In this document: positions 44,243 through 57,505 of the stretch, piece after piece | How positions within the stretch are numbered: position 1 is the first letter of the stretch | How the letters are laid out: each line of letters starts with the position of its first letter | Source of the DNA: Chrysomallon squamiferum | Taxonomy: Eukaryota; Animalia; Mollusca | Direction of reading: 5' to 3' | DNA: 64,000 nt | Assembly: GCA_012295275.1 (NCBI GenBank) | Contig: CM022674.1 | Coordinates: 6,324,001-6,388,000 of the forward strand | Made by a program: the position numbers and the translations under genes | Notes under the pieces: generated by a model | Databases searched by the model: none | Told to the model about the DNA's origin: nothing | What the model saw: only the letters and a program-made list of their open reading frames with translations

Positions 44243-46881
44243 ATTATTATTATTACTATTATTCTTATTCTTCTTATTATTATTATTATCATCATCATCA
44301 TCATCATTATTTGCTTTCTCTTGCACGAAAGCACTTTAAATTGTTATTTACAAAACTGTTCAAAAGAAGAAGAAAAAAAAACGTTTTAATGGAGGCGCTC
44401 ATTGACTGGTCCCGTGTGCTCTTTAAACAGCGCTACAGGACAAACAGACAGTGTACACAGTGAACTTCAAATTAACTCATTAATTAATCATAATTGCTGG
44501 CAGTGACATCCACTTACAGTCGGAAAGCTCATTGTTTCCCGTTCCAGACTGTTGTCAGTGACAGGTTAATAAAAGTTCGTAGCGATTGTTTAAAATTTTC
44601 TGCAAGCAGCTAATTGATAATTCTTCTGCAAAACAAACTGGCGATTGCGAGGTTGCAGTACACCGAATGAGTTTCCGTTGGAAGTGATGTTAAAGTGTTC
44701 ATGAAAATTGCATTGATTTGTTGATTTGGGTTTTATGGAGGAGATGGTTTTTTTTTTGTTTGTTTGTTTATTTTATTTTATTTATTTTTATATTATTTTT
44801 TAAAATTTATTTCTGTGTTTCGTTCTCTCTTGCGTTACTTATTTATTTATTTGTTTGTTCGTTTGTTTGTTTGTGCGTTTGTTTGTTTGTTTATATTCAA
44901 GAAAAAAATAACAAAGAAAGAAAAATAAAAAAAAGGAAAAAAAGAAAAATAAAACAAAAAAAAATAAAAAAAAAAAATAAAAAAAGCACCGGTGTGAACT
45001 TTAACTCTCAAGGGAAGATAACTTTGTTAAACATTTTACTAAAACCTTAAATCATTATTAGAATGATCAATTCATCATTTTGTTCTACTTTTCTGGCGCA
45101 GATTGAAAGAAATCATAAAAAAAAAATATATATATCTGTAATAGCAACAAAAGGTCAACGTAAGTCAAACACATGTACTGAACTATAAATTGTTTACGAC
45201 AGCATTATGTTGTCAAATGATTTGTAGTACAAAACATTCCGTTTATATCTATATTTACTGAAGGAAAGCGAATCTTTATCTTAATTATTTTATTTAACGA
45301 GGATAAGGATGTGGCTCTCATAATGAGAGAATATCCAATCTGATCACATATATACACGTGAAGATAATATAAATATTTTGTAATTTTAGTTACGAAATAA
45401 TATAGTATACATCCAAAATGTATTATTGTTATTATTAGTAGTAGTGGTAGGAGTAGTAGTAATATTATTAGTAATAATGGTGGTGGTGGTGGTGGTAGTA
45501 GTAGTAGTAGTAGCAGCAGTAATAATAGTAAAGTAGTAGGAACACTGGTGGTTGTAGTAGGTCTAGAAGTAGTAGTTGTAGGAGTAATAATTGTAGTAGT
45601 AGTAGCAGCTGTAATAGTAATAATACAACTAATGGTAGTTGTTGTAGTAGCTGCTGTTTGTTCAGATAGTAAGAGAAACACAAGACGTAGAAGAAGACGT
45701 TGTTGTAAAATAAAAGTAGTGGTTTAAGTAAAACGTTCATTCGTGGTGTTGTTAAACACCCAGAACGGAAACCGATACTGCCTTCAATGTCAAGGTCGAA
45801 CGCGCTCGCGCAAAAACCGGAATGTCGAACAGTAACTGTTGAATTGCAAGGACGTCATCCCTCCCGTCAATTAACGTCGTTATTAACTGCCCAGTGAGTG
45901 ACCAGCGGTCAAACAGGATGCAGATGACACTTGTGACAAGAAGAAATTTGCTTTTGTTACGGTGTGAATGAGCTGTCAGTGGACTCGATTAGAAAAACAG
46001 AATAAACAAAGTTAACATCAATCGAGGGTCATATTTTTGGCATCGTAATAATAGCTGTGGTTGTAGTTCTTGAACTAGTAGTAGTAGTGGAAGTAATAGT
46101 AGTAGTAGTTCTTCTAGTAGTGGAAGTAGTAGTAGCAGTAGTTGAAGTAGTAGTAGCAGTAATTGTAGTAGTAGTAGTAATAGTAGTAATAGTTGTAGTA
46201 GTGGAAGTAGTAGTGGCAGTAGTTCAAGTACTAGTAGCAGTAATTGTAGTAGTAGTAGTAGTAATAGTAGTAGTAGTAGTTTTAGAAGTGGAAGTAACAT
46301 TAGTAGTAACTGTTGTAATAGTGAAATAGTAATAGTAGTAGTAACAGATATAATAGTAGTTACAGTAATAGTAGCAGAAGGAGTAATAGTAGCAACAGCT
46401 GTAGTAGTAGTAATAGTAGTAGCAGTAGTAATGTTAGTAGTTTACTGAAATAGCGGTAGTAATAGTAATAGTTAGTGGTAATGTAGTATCAGTAGCTTTT
46501 GATGGTTGTGATGGTTTAAAACAACAGCAACAATGTTAACATCAATAACAGCAACAACAGCAACGACGAAAACAACAATAATAACAGTAATAATAATAAT
46601 AATAATTAGAAGAAGAATGTTAAATATAATTAACAACATCTCGACTGTTAATTACCCGCAGTGTTTCTATGACAACGGTGCTTCTAATGACGGACAATGA
46701 TCAATGCCATTATCGTCATAATATCATCTGAAATTCTGTTCTGTTTTCTTTTAAATTTATTAATTAATCAATATAGACCATATAGATATACATCCAAACT
46801 AAAACCAAATACATACACGAAAGCGTAAATCATTTCGAATTCACTTTTAAAATACTCATGTAAATAAGCATACGTACTGCA

Positions 46882-46985
<104 letters not shown>

Positions 46986-47315
46986 GGTAGTTACCTTTAA
47001 CTATTAATGTTAAATATGTATGTATGTGTGTGTGTGTGTATATGTATGTATTATATGTGTATGTATGTATGTATGAAAGTATACATGTACGTATGCATGT
47101 ATATATGTATAGATAAATAGATAGCTACAGACAATCAGTGTGTTTGAGTGGTACCTTTAATCAAACAAAAACAATATAATTTCGTACTCTACTTCGTTTT
47201 GTTATTTATATGCTTGCTTTTGTTTTCTCCTGTTTGAATGTTTGTGTTTATATCACAACGTATTCGTTTGCATGTTAGTATGTTTTGTTTTATTTTTATT
47301 TTTTTTTTTTTTGTA

Positions 47316-47453
47316 TCTGTGCGTGCGTATATACATGCGTGTATGTGTCATGAGTATATGTGTGTGTTGTTTTTCGTCTTTATTTTGTCTCTGTGCGTGC
47401 GTATACATGCGTGTATGTGTCATGAGTATATGTGTTTGTGTTGTTTTTCGTCT
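47316..47453. repeat. ~74-bp tandem duplication
   Basis: TCTGTGCGTGCGTATA...ATGAGTATATGTGT...TTTTTCGTCT occurs twice (47316, 47390). Confidence 0.85.
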
Positions 47454-47870
47454 GTCATTTTTGTGTCTGTTCTGTAATCACAAAATCAGTGTGTTTACGT
47501 GCGGAGAACGAACGAACCCAAATTAGACCAGAAAGCCATCCATGGCTGACTTCCTTCCGTTTGCAATTCGCTTTGAAATTTCAGTTAATACCACTAGGAC
47601 AACAAGGTCAGATAAAACAGGAAGAAAGAAAAAAAAAGAGAAAAAAAGATGTTAATACTAAGGACTGTTTGATGATAGCGACGAGAGAAAAAAGGATAAA
47701 AAACAAGAAAAGGAAAGAGAAAGAGATAGAGAAACAAAATTATGTTTTATCAAAGAGCTTGTTAAAACTCGGATGTCAGAAGTTTGTCATAGACACGTTA
47801 ATTTACGTTTTGCGTTTACTGAGGTAATGGTTATTTTTATAAAGTTTAATAATGAGTGTAAATTAACACA

Positions 47871-47901
<31 letters not shown>

Positions 47902-48050
47902 GCAAGACAGAAAATGATGTATACTAGTGATGTATTAAACAAACATTTGACATTCAAAATTTAATTAAAGAAAATGAATCACATGATAGTGTGTCTTAAC
48001 CAAGAAATGTAAAATACTACTACTACTACTACTAATAATAATAATAATAA

Positions 48051-48089
<39 letters not shown>

Positions 48090-48099
48090 GTAATCAGAA

Positions 48100-48480
48100 C
48101 ACTCTAATGACGTCACTAAACAATCACAGCACTGTTTAACCAATCAGCGAATGAAATCGGCAATCAAACGATACGCTTCCATCACGCGGTTTCCGAACAC
48201 TGTCAGGATTAAACGAATCAATCTTGTTTACCACTTGCCCCACCAGCGGTCAGTCCAGCGGTCAGTGCAATCGTCAGTCCACCGACCGCAACGTAGAGCG
48301 ATATTAATCTCGCCCAAGCCATAGGCCAGGACAAACCTAATATCACAGAGACCAAATTGCCATTAACAGACTCATTTATACAGTCAGCTGTTTGTTGAAA
48401 CTGCACGTGGTGAAGCTCCGGTCGTTCAAAGAGTTAACACTGTCTGTCTGTCTGTCTGTCTGTTTTCAAAGCTGACACGT
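48100..48480 (+). promoter_or_regulatory. Candidate proximal promoter/enhancer of the GPCR (CRE + CCAAT + E-boxes)
   Basis: Perfect CRE TGACGTCA 48108-48115, AACCAATCAG 48138-48147, further CAATC motifs, and CACGTG at ~48404 and ~48476, in a CpG-rich block 1.0-1.3 kb upstream of the coding exon. Confidence 0.4.
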
Positions 48481-49095
48481 GTTTTTTAACGTGCTGCTTC
48501 CAGATGCAAACAAACACGATTGTTGAATTAATTTAAAAGTTTGCGATCACGATTTCAGGTCTTTGTATAATTTAGTGTTATCGATTCGTGAATATGTTTT
48601 ACAGGGGACAGCGATCTTCTCTTGTATGTACCTATACATGTATTTGTGTGTTTGTATAAGTATATATAAATATAAATATATGTGTGTGTGTATGTTTGTG
48701 TATGTGTGTGTGTATGTGTGTGCATATCATTAAAAGAAAGAATAAAGAATTTATGAGTTTTATAATTTTGTTTCTTTCAGTCTTCCTACGTTTTTCTTCT
48801 CTCACGTTTTTTTTTTCTCTCTTTCTCTCTGTCTTTCTTTCTTTTTGTCTCCCTCTGTTTCTGTCCTTATCTTAGTCTGTTTGTGTTTGTAGCTAAATTC
48901 GTCCGCTGTTTTAATCTTCTTTCTGTCTATCATTCTCTGCCTGTATAATATATACATGTGTGTGTGTGTGTGTTTGTAATTTGGTATACCTGATGATGAT
49001 CAACTTCAGAGTGTCTTAATAGTAAACCCTATGCAAATATATATATATATATATATAGGTAGGTAGGTAGGTAGGTAGGTAGGTAGGTAGGTAGG

Positions 49096-49149
<54 letters not shown>

Positions 49150-49423
49150 TAGAGACATATATATATATGTATGTATTATATGGATAGATAAATAGATGAA
49201 AATGTTTGTGTTATTGTCTGCACAAAACGATTAATGCATAATTGTTGTTTTTTTGTTTGTTGCTGTTTGTTCGTTGTTGTTTTGTTTTGTTGTTGTTTTT
49301 TTTTTTTTTTTTTTTTTTTTTTTGTCCGCTTGTCTCTCTGTCTGTACTTCTGTCTGCATCATACATAAAATCTAATACATACAATTAATTTTCTCTGCTG
49401 TTTTTCCAGATCAAAGTCCAACC

Positions 49424-50826
49424 ATGGAAGGCAACGCCCCCGCATTTAACCTCTCCGAAGTCGACGTCCACTCCGTGCAGAACATAGAAAACATGTACCA
49501 CGAGCTCAGCGCCGACGTCATCATCCTCATCACGATGTTGTCGGTGTTCATGGTGGTGGGGTCGGTCGGGAACGGGCTCGTCATCTTCGTGTTCCAGAAA
49601 ATCCGCGAGAAGTCGACCGCCCACCTCTTCATCATCACCCTCGCCATCATCGACCTCTTCACCTGCATGGTCATCATCCCCTTCACGATCGTCGTCGAGT
49701 ACCTGCGCTACGACATCCACTACGACGTCCTCTGCAAGACGTACCAGTTCCTCATCACGTTCAAGGTGCCGCTGTCGTCGTTCATCATGGTGGCCATCGC
49801 CTTCGACCGCTACTTCTGCATCTGCCACCCGCTGAGGATCATCGTCACCCTGCGCAGGACGAAGATAACGATCGTGCTGCTGACGGTGTTCGCCATGTGT
49901 CTGGGAATCGTCACGGCGATGGGCTTCGGGGTTTACCAGATCCAGAGAATTCCAGACGCGTCCGGGGCGAGGACCGCCGCTTCGAACAACAATTCCGACA
50001 CGGTCCTGTCCGAATTGCAGATCCGGACGGGTCCCGAAGGCGAATCGCCGTACCAGGACGACATCAACGAGATGATCCTGCTCCGCGTGCACATGTACTT
50101 CATCAGCAACAACATGAGCGACCTGCTGAGCGAGCCCCGGGGTTCAGCGGACCGTGGGTGGACAAGGTGATTTACGTCGGGGTGTGCCAGCCCAATCAGG
50201 TGCTGCTCAACTTCGAGTTCCTGCGCGTGTACCAGAAGATCTACTCCTCGCTGTTCCTCGTGTGTCTCGTGATCGTCGGGATCCTGTACGGCCTCATTTA
50301 CAAGTTCATCATTTCCAGGAGGTCGAGAAAGCTCGAGCGACGGCTCGTGCTGTGCGCGTACGTCAACGGCGAGAACCCGTACGAAGGAACCCGCCTCACG
50401 CTGCTCAACGGCCAGGACGACGATCACCATGGCGACGAGAAAAGCACGGAGATGAACGAAAAGGACAAGCGAGCGGACGACAAGTTTTACTACGGGACTG
50501 CGGAGACGAAGCATTCTCCGGAAGATCCCGGAAAACGATCGAGTACGAAAGAGCGAATGGCGAAACGACAGTCGATCGTATGCGACGCGGACAAACTCCG
50601 CGAAGAGACACGCTCGGCGAACATCAAGACGGCCATGATGCTGTTCACTGTGACGCTCGTGTTCATCATCGCCTTTCTGCCGGCGTGGATGATGGCGTTT
50701 CGGTTGGTGCCCAACGTCATTGTTGTGTTCTATCTCTACTTCAGTTACAACGTCGCCAATCCTTTTATCTACGCCTTCATGAATCACATTTTTAAAGAGA
50801 ACCTGCAGAAAATGTTTCGTTGTTAA
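49424..50826 (+). CDS. Rhodopsin-like (class A) 7TM GPCR, peptide-receptor-like orphan; ~467 aa once a 1-nt deletion at 50135-50142 is corrected
   Basis: Acceptor ttttctctgctgtttttccag at 49409 and Kozak ACCATGG. Motifs: TM1 GSVGN, TM2 LAIID, TM3 Cys...FDRYFCICHP, ECL2 Cys, TM5 Tyr, TM6 FIIAFLP, TM7 NPFIY, helix 8 F. ORF 49424-50170 supplies TM1-4 and ORF 49897-50826 supplies TM5-7. High GC3 switches frame at CCCCGGGG. Confidence 0.92.
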
Positions 50827-50848
50827 ACGAAGAACGTTGCTTTTGTTG

Positions 50849-50885
<37 letters not shown>

Positions 50886-50891
50886 TAATTT

Positions 50892-50897
50892 AATAAA
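50892..50897 (+). terminator. Candidate polyadenylation signal AATAAA for the GPCR
   Basis: First AATAAA, 66 nt after the stop codon; chance matches are likely in such AT-rich DNA. Confidence 0.3.
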
Positions 50898-51587
50898 ACT
50901 CGTTTTAATCAAAGCTTATAAGCTTATTATTCAAATCTTGGTTCATGGCTATGTCAAATAACAAAGTGCCTATAACACAAAACTCAAATAATAATGGCAA
51001 AGGCCAAACTATGGAAAGCCATAGGGGGTCTAAAGCTCTGGACATTTAAATAGATTCTGTTTCGGAATTACTAACACACATAGTACCGATTAATAACTTA
51101 ATAATAGGGTCGTTGTCAGGAAGTATTACCAAAAACAACAACAAAGTGATTTTCAGTTACTGAAAACTCTGGTGGCCCTATTTGTGATATTATGATAAAA
51201 CTAATAACAATTTAATAACATTGTTTTGAAATGTGACGGACAAAGCTATCACAATCAGTATAAGCTTAAAAAGATATATGACCGTAACAGAACTCAATTT
51301 GACATCTGGGTCTAACGAAAAAAATTGGAGTCAAAAATTTCGCTTGTGCCTAAATCTGGCCATGTCGGTCAACTATATATATATATATGAATATGAATGT
51401 TCGTAAATTCCGCACATACCAAAAAGAAAATGGCACACTTAGCAATAATAACCTTAAACCTGTGGCTGCAATGAAAACTAAGAACTTAACTTTTGGATAC
51501 TTCGTGAAAACAGATGGAATACTAAAATACTTAGGAATAAAGGTGACCTATCTGTAGAAAACGTTATTCAAGTTTACTTATTTTTCG

Positions 51588-51622
<35 letters not shown>

Positions 51623-51731
51623 TTCATTTATTCATTCATTCATTTTATATTTATTCATTTCATGATTGTTATTATATTATTATAATAATAATAATTATTA
51701 TTATTTTTATTACTATTATTATTCTTATTAC

Positions 51732-51777
<46 letters not shown>

Positions 51778-52100
51778 TTGGTTTTCTTTTGTTAACTGAA
51801 ATATTATTTATTATTTATCTGAGTATTTCTTTATTTATTTACTTACTTACTTACTTACCTACTTTCTAACATTATAATTACTTACATATTTAATTCCTTT
51901 TGTAATTAAATTATTATTATTATTATTATTATTATTGTTATTATTACGCTGTCAGCTTTGTCAAGAATGACGTCAGATATCAGTATTTCCGTATTAGCAC
52001 GGTTATGTGCTTACGTGTGTGTCTTTTCATTTTCTTTATATTCGATTGATTATAATTATTGTTAATTATATTTTTTCTCTTGCATTTATTTCAAATTTAA

Positions 52101-52141
<41 letters not shown>

Positions 52142-52146
52142 CATCA

Positions 52147-52222
<76 letters not shown>

Positions 52223-52652
52223 CGTCATTACTTTTGGTGTTTTATGTCTATTATCATTCCTCTTGTTGAGATGTTATTATCATTGTTATTTACTTAATGG
52301 TAATAATGATTAAATTTTATCTTTTAAAATGAAAATATATATATACACACACATATATAAAAGAAAATTTTATATATGTAAACTAAAATAATTTTATTTG
52401 TACATATTGTATAAACGCGTTTATATCACAACTGTGTATATATTTTATTATGTTGAAGGTCAAAACCAAAGTGTCTTGCATTTGAATTTGTCTTTGCACT
52501 GCTACAATCCGCAGATTTCAACAATTTATATCAGTCTCTTGAAATTATGGACAGTTAATACAAATGTTCGTTTTGATTTAACTGGACAATGTTTTTTACT
52601 TAACCGATACAAAATAACAAGAGCGAATTATCATATTTGTCATTGATAGGTA

Positions 52653-52759
<107 letters not shown>

Positions 52760-53319
52760 GTGTCATTGTTATTGCACTCATTATTTCTTTTTTCTCCTTG
52801 CATGAATACATGAACATTATTAAGCCATTTAATAATGTAAGAAACTAATGAAATTAAACTTGTGGTGATTTGACTTCAAGACGACGAATTGTAAAATCTT
52901 GAGATGAATGTACATTTTAGTTTGTGGAATGCAAGAAGCGAAGAAGTGAGTCCAGAATGCAGATGAAAATTATAAATCGCATAGCCAATAATAAAATTAT
53001 ATATGCCAGCTGTTTTCAGTTACTTGTGTTGTTTTTGTTGTTGTTATCAGTTTCATTAAGAGCATCAGTGGAATGTCGTAATAATAACCTTAACAATAAC
53101 TTACTGACATCACTAACATCTTCATTATTATTATCGTCGTGATCAGTAGCATAATCTCATTATTATTATCATTGTCATTATGATCATCATCATCACTATT
53201 ATCATCATCATTATCAATATTATCATTATTATTATCATCATCATTACTATATTATTATTATTATTGTTATTTTTATTATTATTATTGTTATATTATTATT
53301 GTTATTGTTATTATTATTA

Positions 53320-53350
<31 letters not shown>

Positions 53351-53632
53351 CGATATAGTACTAACGACGTATGTATATGTGTATTTGGCAACTAATATTC
53401 TGTAGTCTTAAGTATTACTTATTGGACTATGCATTCTAACAATGTTCAAGAACGCATGCGTGAGATGCCACTGACGAGACTCGAACGTATGACCCACATT
53501 TGCCCGCAGTCTGTAGACGGACGACGTCACCAAACGTCACTAAGATAACCATGGCAACCATGTGTCTGTGTGCATGTGTATGTATCAGTATATGAAGGTT
53601 TATGTATCTCAAAATCACATCTATATCATACA

Positions 53633-53682
<50 letters not shown>

Positions 53683-54658
53683 GTGTATGTATGTATGTGC
53701 GTCTGAATGCTTGTATGTACTTATGTATGTATGTATATACGTTAGTTTCATTCGTCCTCCATCTCTCTTTCGCTGTCTTTCTATGTGTAGGTCTATCTAT
53801 CTCTCTGTCTATCTATCTATATATCTATCTATCTACCTATAATTATATACATATATCTGTCTATCCATTATTTGATTTCTTTTTCTGGGCGATCCTGTAA
53901 GTGAAACCAACTCATTTCTTACATCTAACGTTGTTTTGCAACACGCTGATGAATGTAATCGGAAGCTGGGCGCTATTTTTGTTGTATTAGTACGTGTTCT
54001 GATGTTATCGCATTACAAGGAAGCAGAAGCAAAAGAACATTATGACGTAGAGTTACGAGCAAAAACAGAACCTCTTCAGTTATTAAAAGGTTTCTGTCTT
54101 GTTTTTTTAATATTGTAATGATTTGTTTAAAATCTTTAGATGTCTTTTTATATACGTTTTAGTACTAATATATTTATTTTTTTCAATGTGTAATTTTTAT
54201 TTAATTTTTTTTTTTACTGCTCTTTCATTTACTTTAATATAACTGTCCATCTAATTAAACTTTCATCTCTCTACATATATGTTTTTGTGTGTGCGTGCAT
54301 GCATATACCCATTATATATAATTGTAGAAGTATTAGTTTAATATAAGCAGTAGTAGCAGTAGTAACAGAAAATAACGTAATAGTAATACTAGTAGTAGCA
54401 GAAGTCGTACTATTAGTAGCAATGGCAATAATAGCACCAGTAGTAGTATATGTAGTAGTAGTAGTAATGGTGGTGCTACTAATAGTACTGGTTGTAACAG
54501 TAGTCGAAGAAGTAGTAGTGTTAGTAGCTGTAGCAGTAGACGTAGTGGCCGTAGAATTAGTCGTAGTGATATGGCTATTGTAATAGTTGTGATTATAATA
54601 ATAACTGTAGTTGTAGTAGTAGTAGTAGTAGTGTAGTAGTAGTAGTAGTGGTAGTAGC

Positions 54659-54699
<41 letters not shown>

Positions 54700-55465
54700 A
54701 AACAGTTGCAGTAGCAGCAGAAATGGCGGAAAACCACAACGATACTATTAGTTTAAGAAGAGGAAGTTGTAGTAGTTGTACTAGAAGTAATAGTAGTAGT
54801 AGTAGCAGCAACAGCTATTGTTTTAGTAGCTGTGATAACAAGAAGATATTGATCTACCACTCAAAATGCAAATTACGTTTGTTTATTCCACAAGAGTGGG
54901 ATCTCCCGCGAGCTTTTAATAATGCGGATCAAACATGCTCAGTCTTTTTTGACTTTTTGCGATCATTGCTTCCATCATTAAAAATTTTGACGTGGATTTC
55001 AATAAATGATGGAAATTCTATTTGTCATTCGATGAACTATCAAAATGTATTGGTTCATCTTTTCTTTACTCCTCCTTTAGACAGGAAAAAAAAAGAAAAA
55101 AGAAAAAAAAAAGAAGAGGAATAAAAGAGTTTGTCCGCCGAAAGGGACTGCAGGAAAGCGAGAGAGTTTCAAGATTACGCATGCGTGTTCCCTGTTTTCC
55201 AGTGAGCCCGAGATGAATTTTATTTATCTGTTTATGCATTGTCATTGCGCTTTTTCTCGGATATATAGAATAAAAAAGTTATCTTCTCTTCAACAGTCGA
55301 CGAACTTCTCATTAACGAAGTTTAAAAAGACATCAGTTTATCAGAATACAGGGATGATGGACGAGCAGAAAAAATCATGGATTGCAAAAAGATCGTGTCA
55401 GGAAAATAAGCAAAGAATGAACTGCCAGTGATAAAAAAAGATGAATACACTCATGTGTTTAAGAA

Positions 55466-55587
<122 letters not shown>

Positions 55588-55769
55588 TTCAAGTCACTTC
55601 TACTAAGCATCCTGTTACTGTTTTCAATAAGAATATCTACTAATCCTTCTAGTAACACTGTGCACTAATATTTCCACTAACAATTTTCACTAATGCGTCT
55701 ACAAACAATATCTACTAATGTTTCTACTAACACTATTTACTCTTTCTATCAACTGGTTTACTATTTCAG

Positions 55770-55999
55770 AAAACAATACAAAATCTATCTAATCTAACAG
55801 AACAGATGTCGGAGTACCAGGTACGTTCACGACTCAGTCTGATGAGTGACTGGTATTTCATTAAAGGCAACAATGTTTACGTCACGTACTACGCGTTTGC
55901 ACAGTGCCTCGTTATCGTTCTCACTTCCTGTACGCAAGCGTACGTCATCGGTTATTCCGCACTGTGCCCGTTAAGCAGACAACCAAATCGCGTTGTTGA
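55770..55999 (+). pseudogene. TMED6-like p24 copy A: isolated last exon with a 4-nt deletion
   Basis: Acceptor actatttcag at 55769. Reads KTIQNLSNLTEQMSEYQVRSRLSLMSDWYFIKGNNVYVTYYAFAQCLVIVLTSCTQAYV. Aligned to copies B/C it lacks 4 nt (GCTT) after 55945; the restored tail is HRLFRTVPVKQTTKSRC* (TGA 55997-55999). No exon 1-3 homologues found upstream. Confidence 0.75.
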
Positions 56000-56724
56000 T
56001 GACTGTAAATTAATTATAATATATATTTTTTAAATTTTTTAACATTATTCTTTATGTTTTATTTAGTATGATTATGTGTGAATCATGTGCGTTTATGGAT
56101 TTGTGTTCGAGTGTGTGTTAAATGTAAAAAAATGTAGAAAACCGACATTACCAAATTTTTCGATTAGTTAATTGCTGTGTTTGAGTGACCATAATGTCGG
56201 TCTTTGTTTCATTTTAATGCAGAATTTGATACACATCGAGGAAACAAAATTCCCATTAACATACTTTGAAACCTGTCATCTCTTTTTGACGTGTTCTAAT
56301 TTACATTCATCAGCTGACAAAATGTTATCGATAACGAATACATTTTTATATTTAATCATACTCCTCTCTCAGTTGTAAAAAATAGTAATTTTATCGAGTA
56401 CACCATATTACGAGAGAAAAAACAAGCGAACTCAAAACAAAAAATAGTGGTTCTTTTTTTCTTCGTTAATATCAATAATTATTTTCTAACTGATCATAGA
56501 CAATTGCTATAATTCATCGTGTAGATTAAACGAGTTAATTTTACTTCATAAACCAGGATGCATAATTAATTAAAACAAAAGCAAACAGACGGGAAAATAA
56601 AACCTATCATCCCTAGAAACTAAAATGGGTTAGTCCCATTTTGTTATCGATCGTGTCTAACTACCATATTTATTATCGTCTGCGCGTTTTAAACATTTTA
56701 CTAATGAATTTAAAAAAAAAAAAA

Positions 56725-56930
56725 ATGGCGCAAAATAGCTACATTTATTTGCTGTCCGTGTTTGTTTTTCGAGAGACATAATTGTGCAAAGTGCAAGAGG
56801 AATACGTTATGAAGATGAGGTTGATTTTCCTGGAATACGTCACGAGTTTAAGGTCGAAGTACAGTCGGGCAGAGAAGAATGTTTTTACCAGAAATTAAAA
56901 AATAAGGCGGAAATGAGAGTTTTGTACAAG
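56725..56930 (+). CDS. TMED6-like p24 (GOLD) protein copy B, exon 1 (signal peptide + start of GOLD); needs +1 T in T5 at 56765-56769
   Basis: AAAATGGCG start. Corrected: MAQNSYIYLLSVFVFSRDIIVQSARGIRYEDEVDFPGIRHEFKVEVQSGREECFYQKLKNKAEMRVLYK, with the p24 'ECFYQ' motif. Phase-0 donor AAG|GTATTA at 56931. Confidence 0.85.
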
Positions 56931-57054
56931 GTATTATTCAGTCTTTGCAGTGTACTAATCGACTTAAAATCGTAATATTTCGTTCAAACGTTCCACTACA
57001 TGTAAAACAACCACATCAGTAATAAATAAGAATGTGACTGTAAATAATGTAATT

Positions 57055-57184
<130 letters not shown>

Positions 57185-57422
57185 CCTTTTGAGTTTGCAC
57201 ACATATACATTTACAACCACTTCTTGTTTTTCCTTTCTTCTTAGCTACTTTTCTTTAATATACATACATACATACATACATAATAAAATAACGTTTAGAG
57301 TTTAGAATAACTAAATCAAACTATCTGTTATCCTAAGTACACGAGTCACAAAAAAATTAGCATGTGAGAGAGAGTTTGCTTTAGTTGTTCCTTTTATATG
57401 AAAACATCTGTTGTCGTTGTCG

Positions 57423-57484
<62 letters not shown>

Positions 57485-57505
57485 GATGATGATGTTTTCT
57501 GACAG

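Noticed and set aside
45430-46500. Degenerate (AGT)n tracts giving Ser/Val/Thr/Leu-rich ORFs (also ~8860, 31680, 40250, 54330)
   Set aside because: A recurrent cryptic trinucleotide repeat class with stops in several frames and no splice signals.
50130-50170. Programmed -1 ribosomal frameshift in the GPCR
   Set aside because: GAG CCC CGG GGT does not form an in-frame X XXY YYZ slippery heptamer, and a second homopolymer indel nearby points to sequencing error.
49385-50795. Long antisense and alternative-frame ORFs over the GPCR (235, 284 and 213 aa)
   Set aside because: Expected shadows of a GC3-rich coding exon; the two antisense ORFs are in codon register with the receptor and show no independent protein features.
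50900-51560. Complex sequence after the GPCR as a possible transposon or extra exon
   Set aside because: No ORF, terminal repeats or TSD found by eye; it cannot be distinguished from 3' UTR without a repeat-library search.
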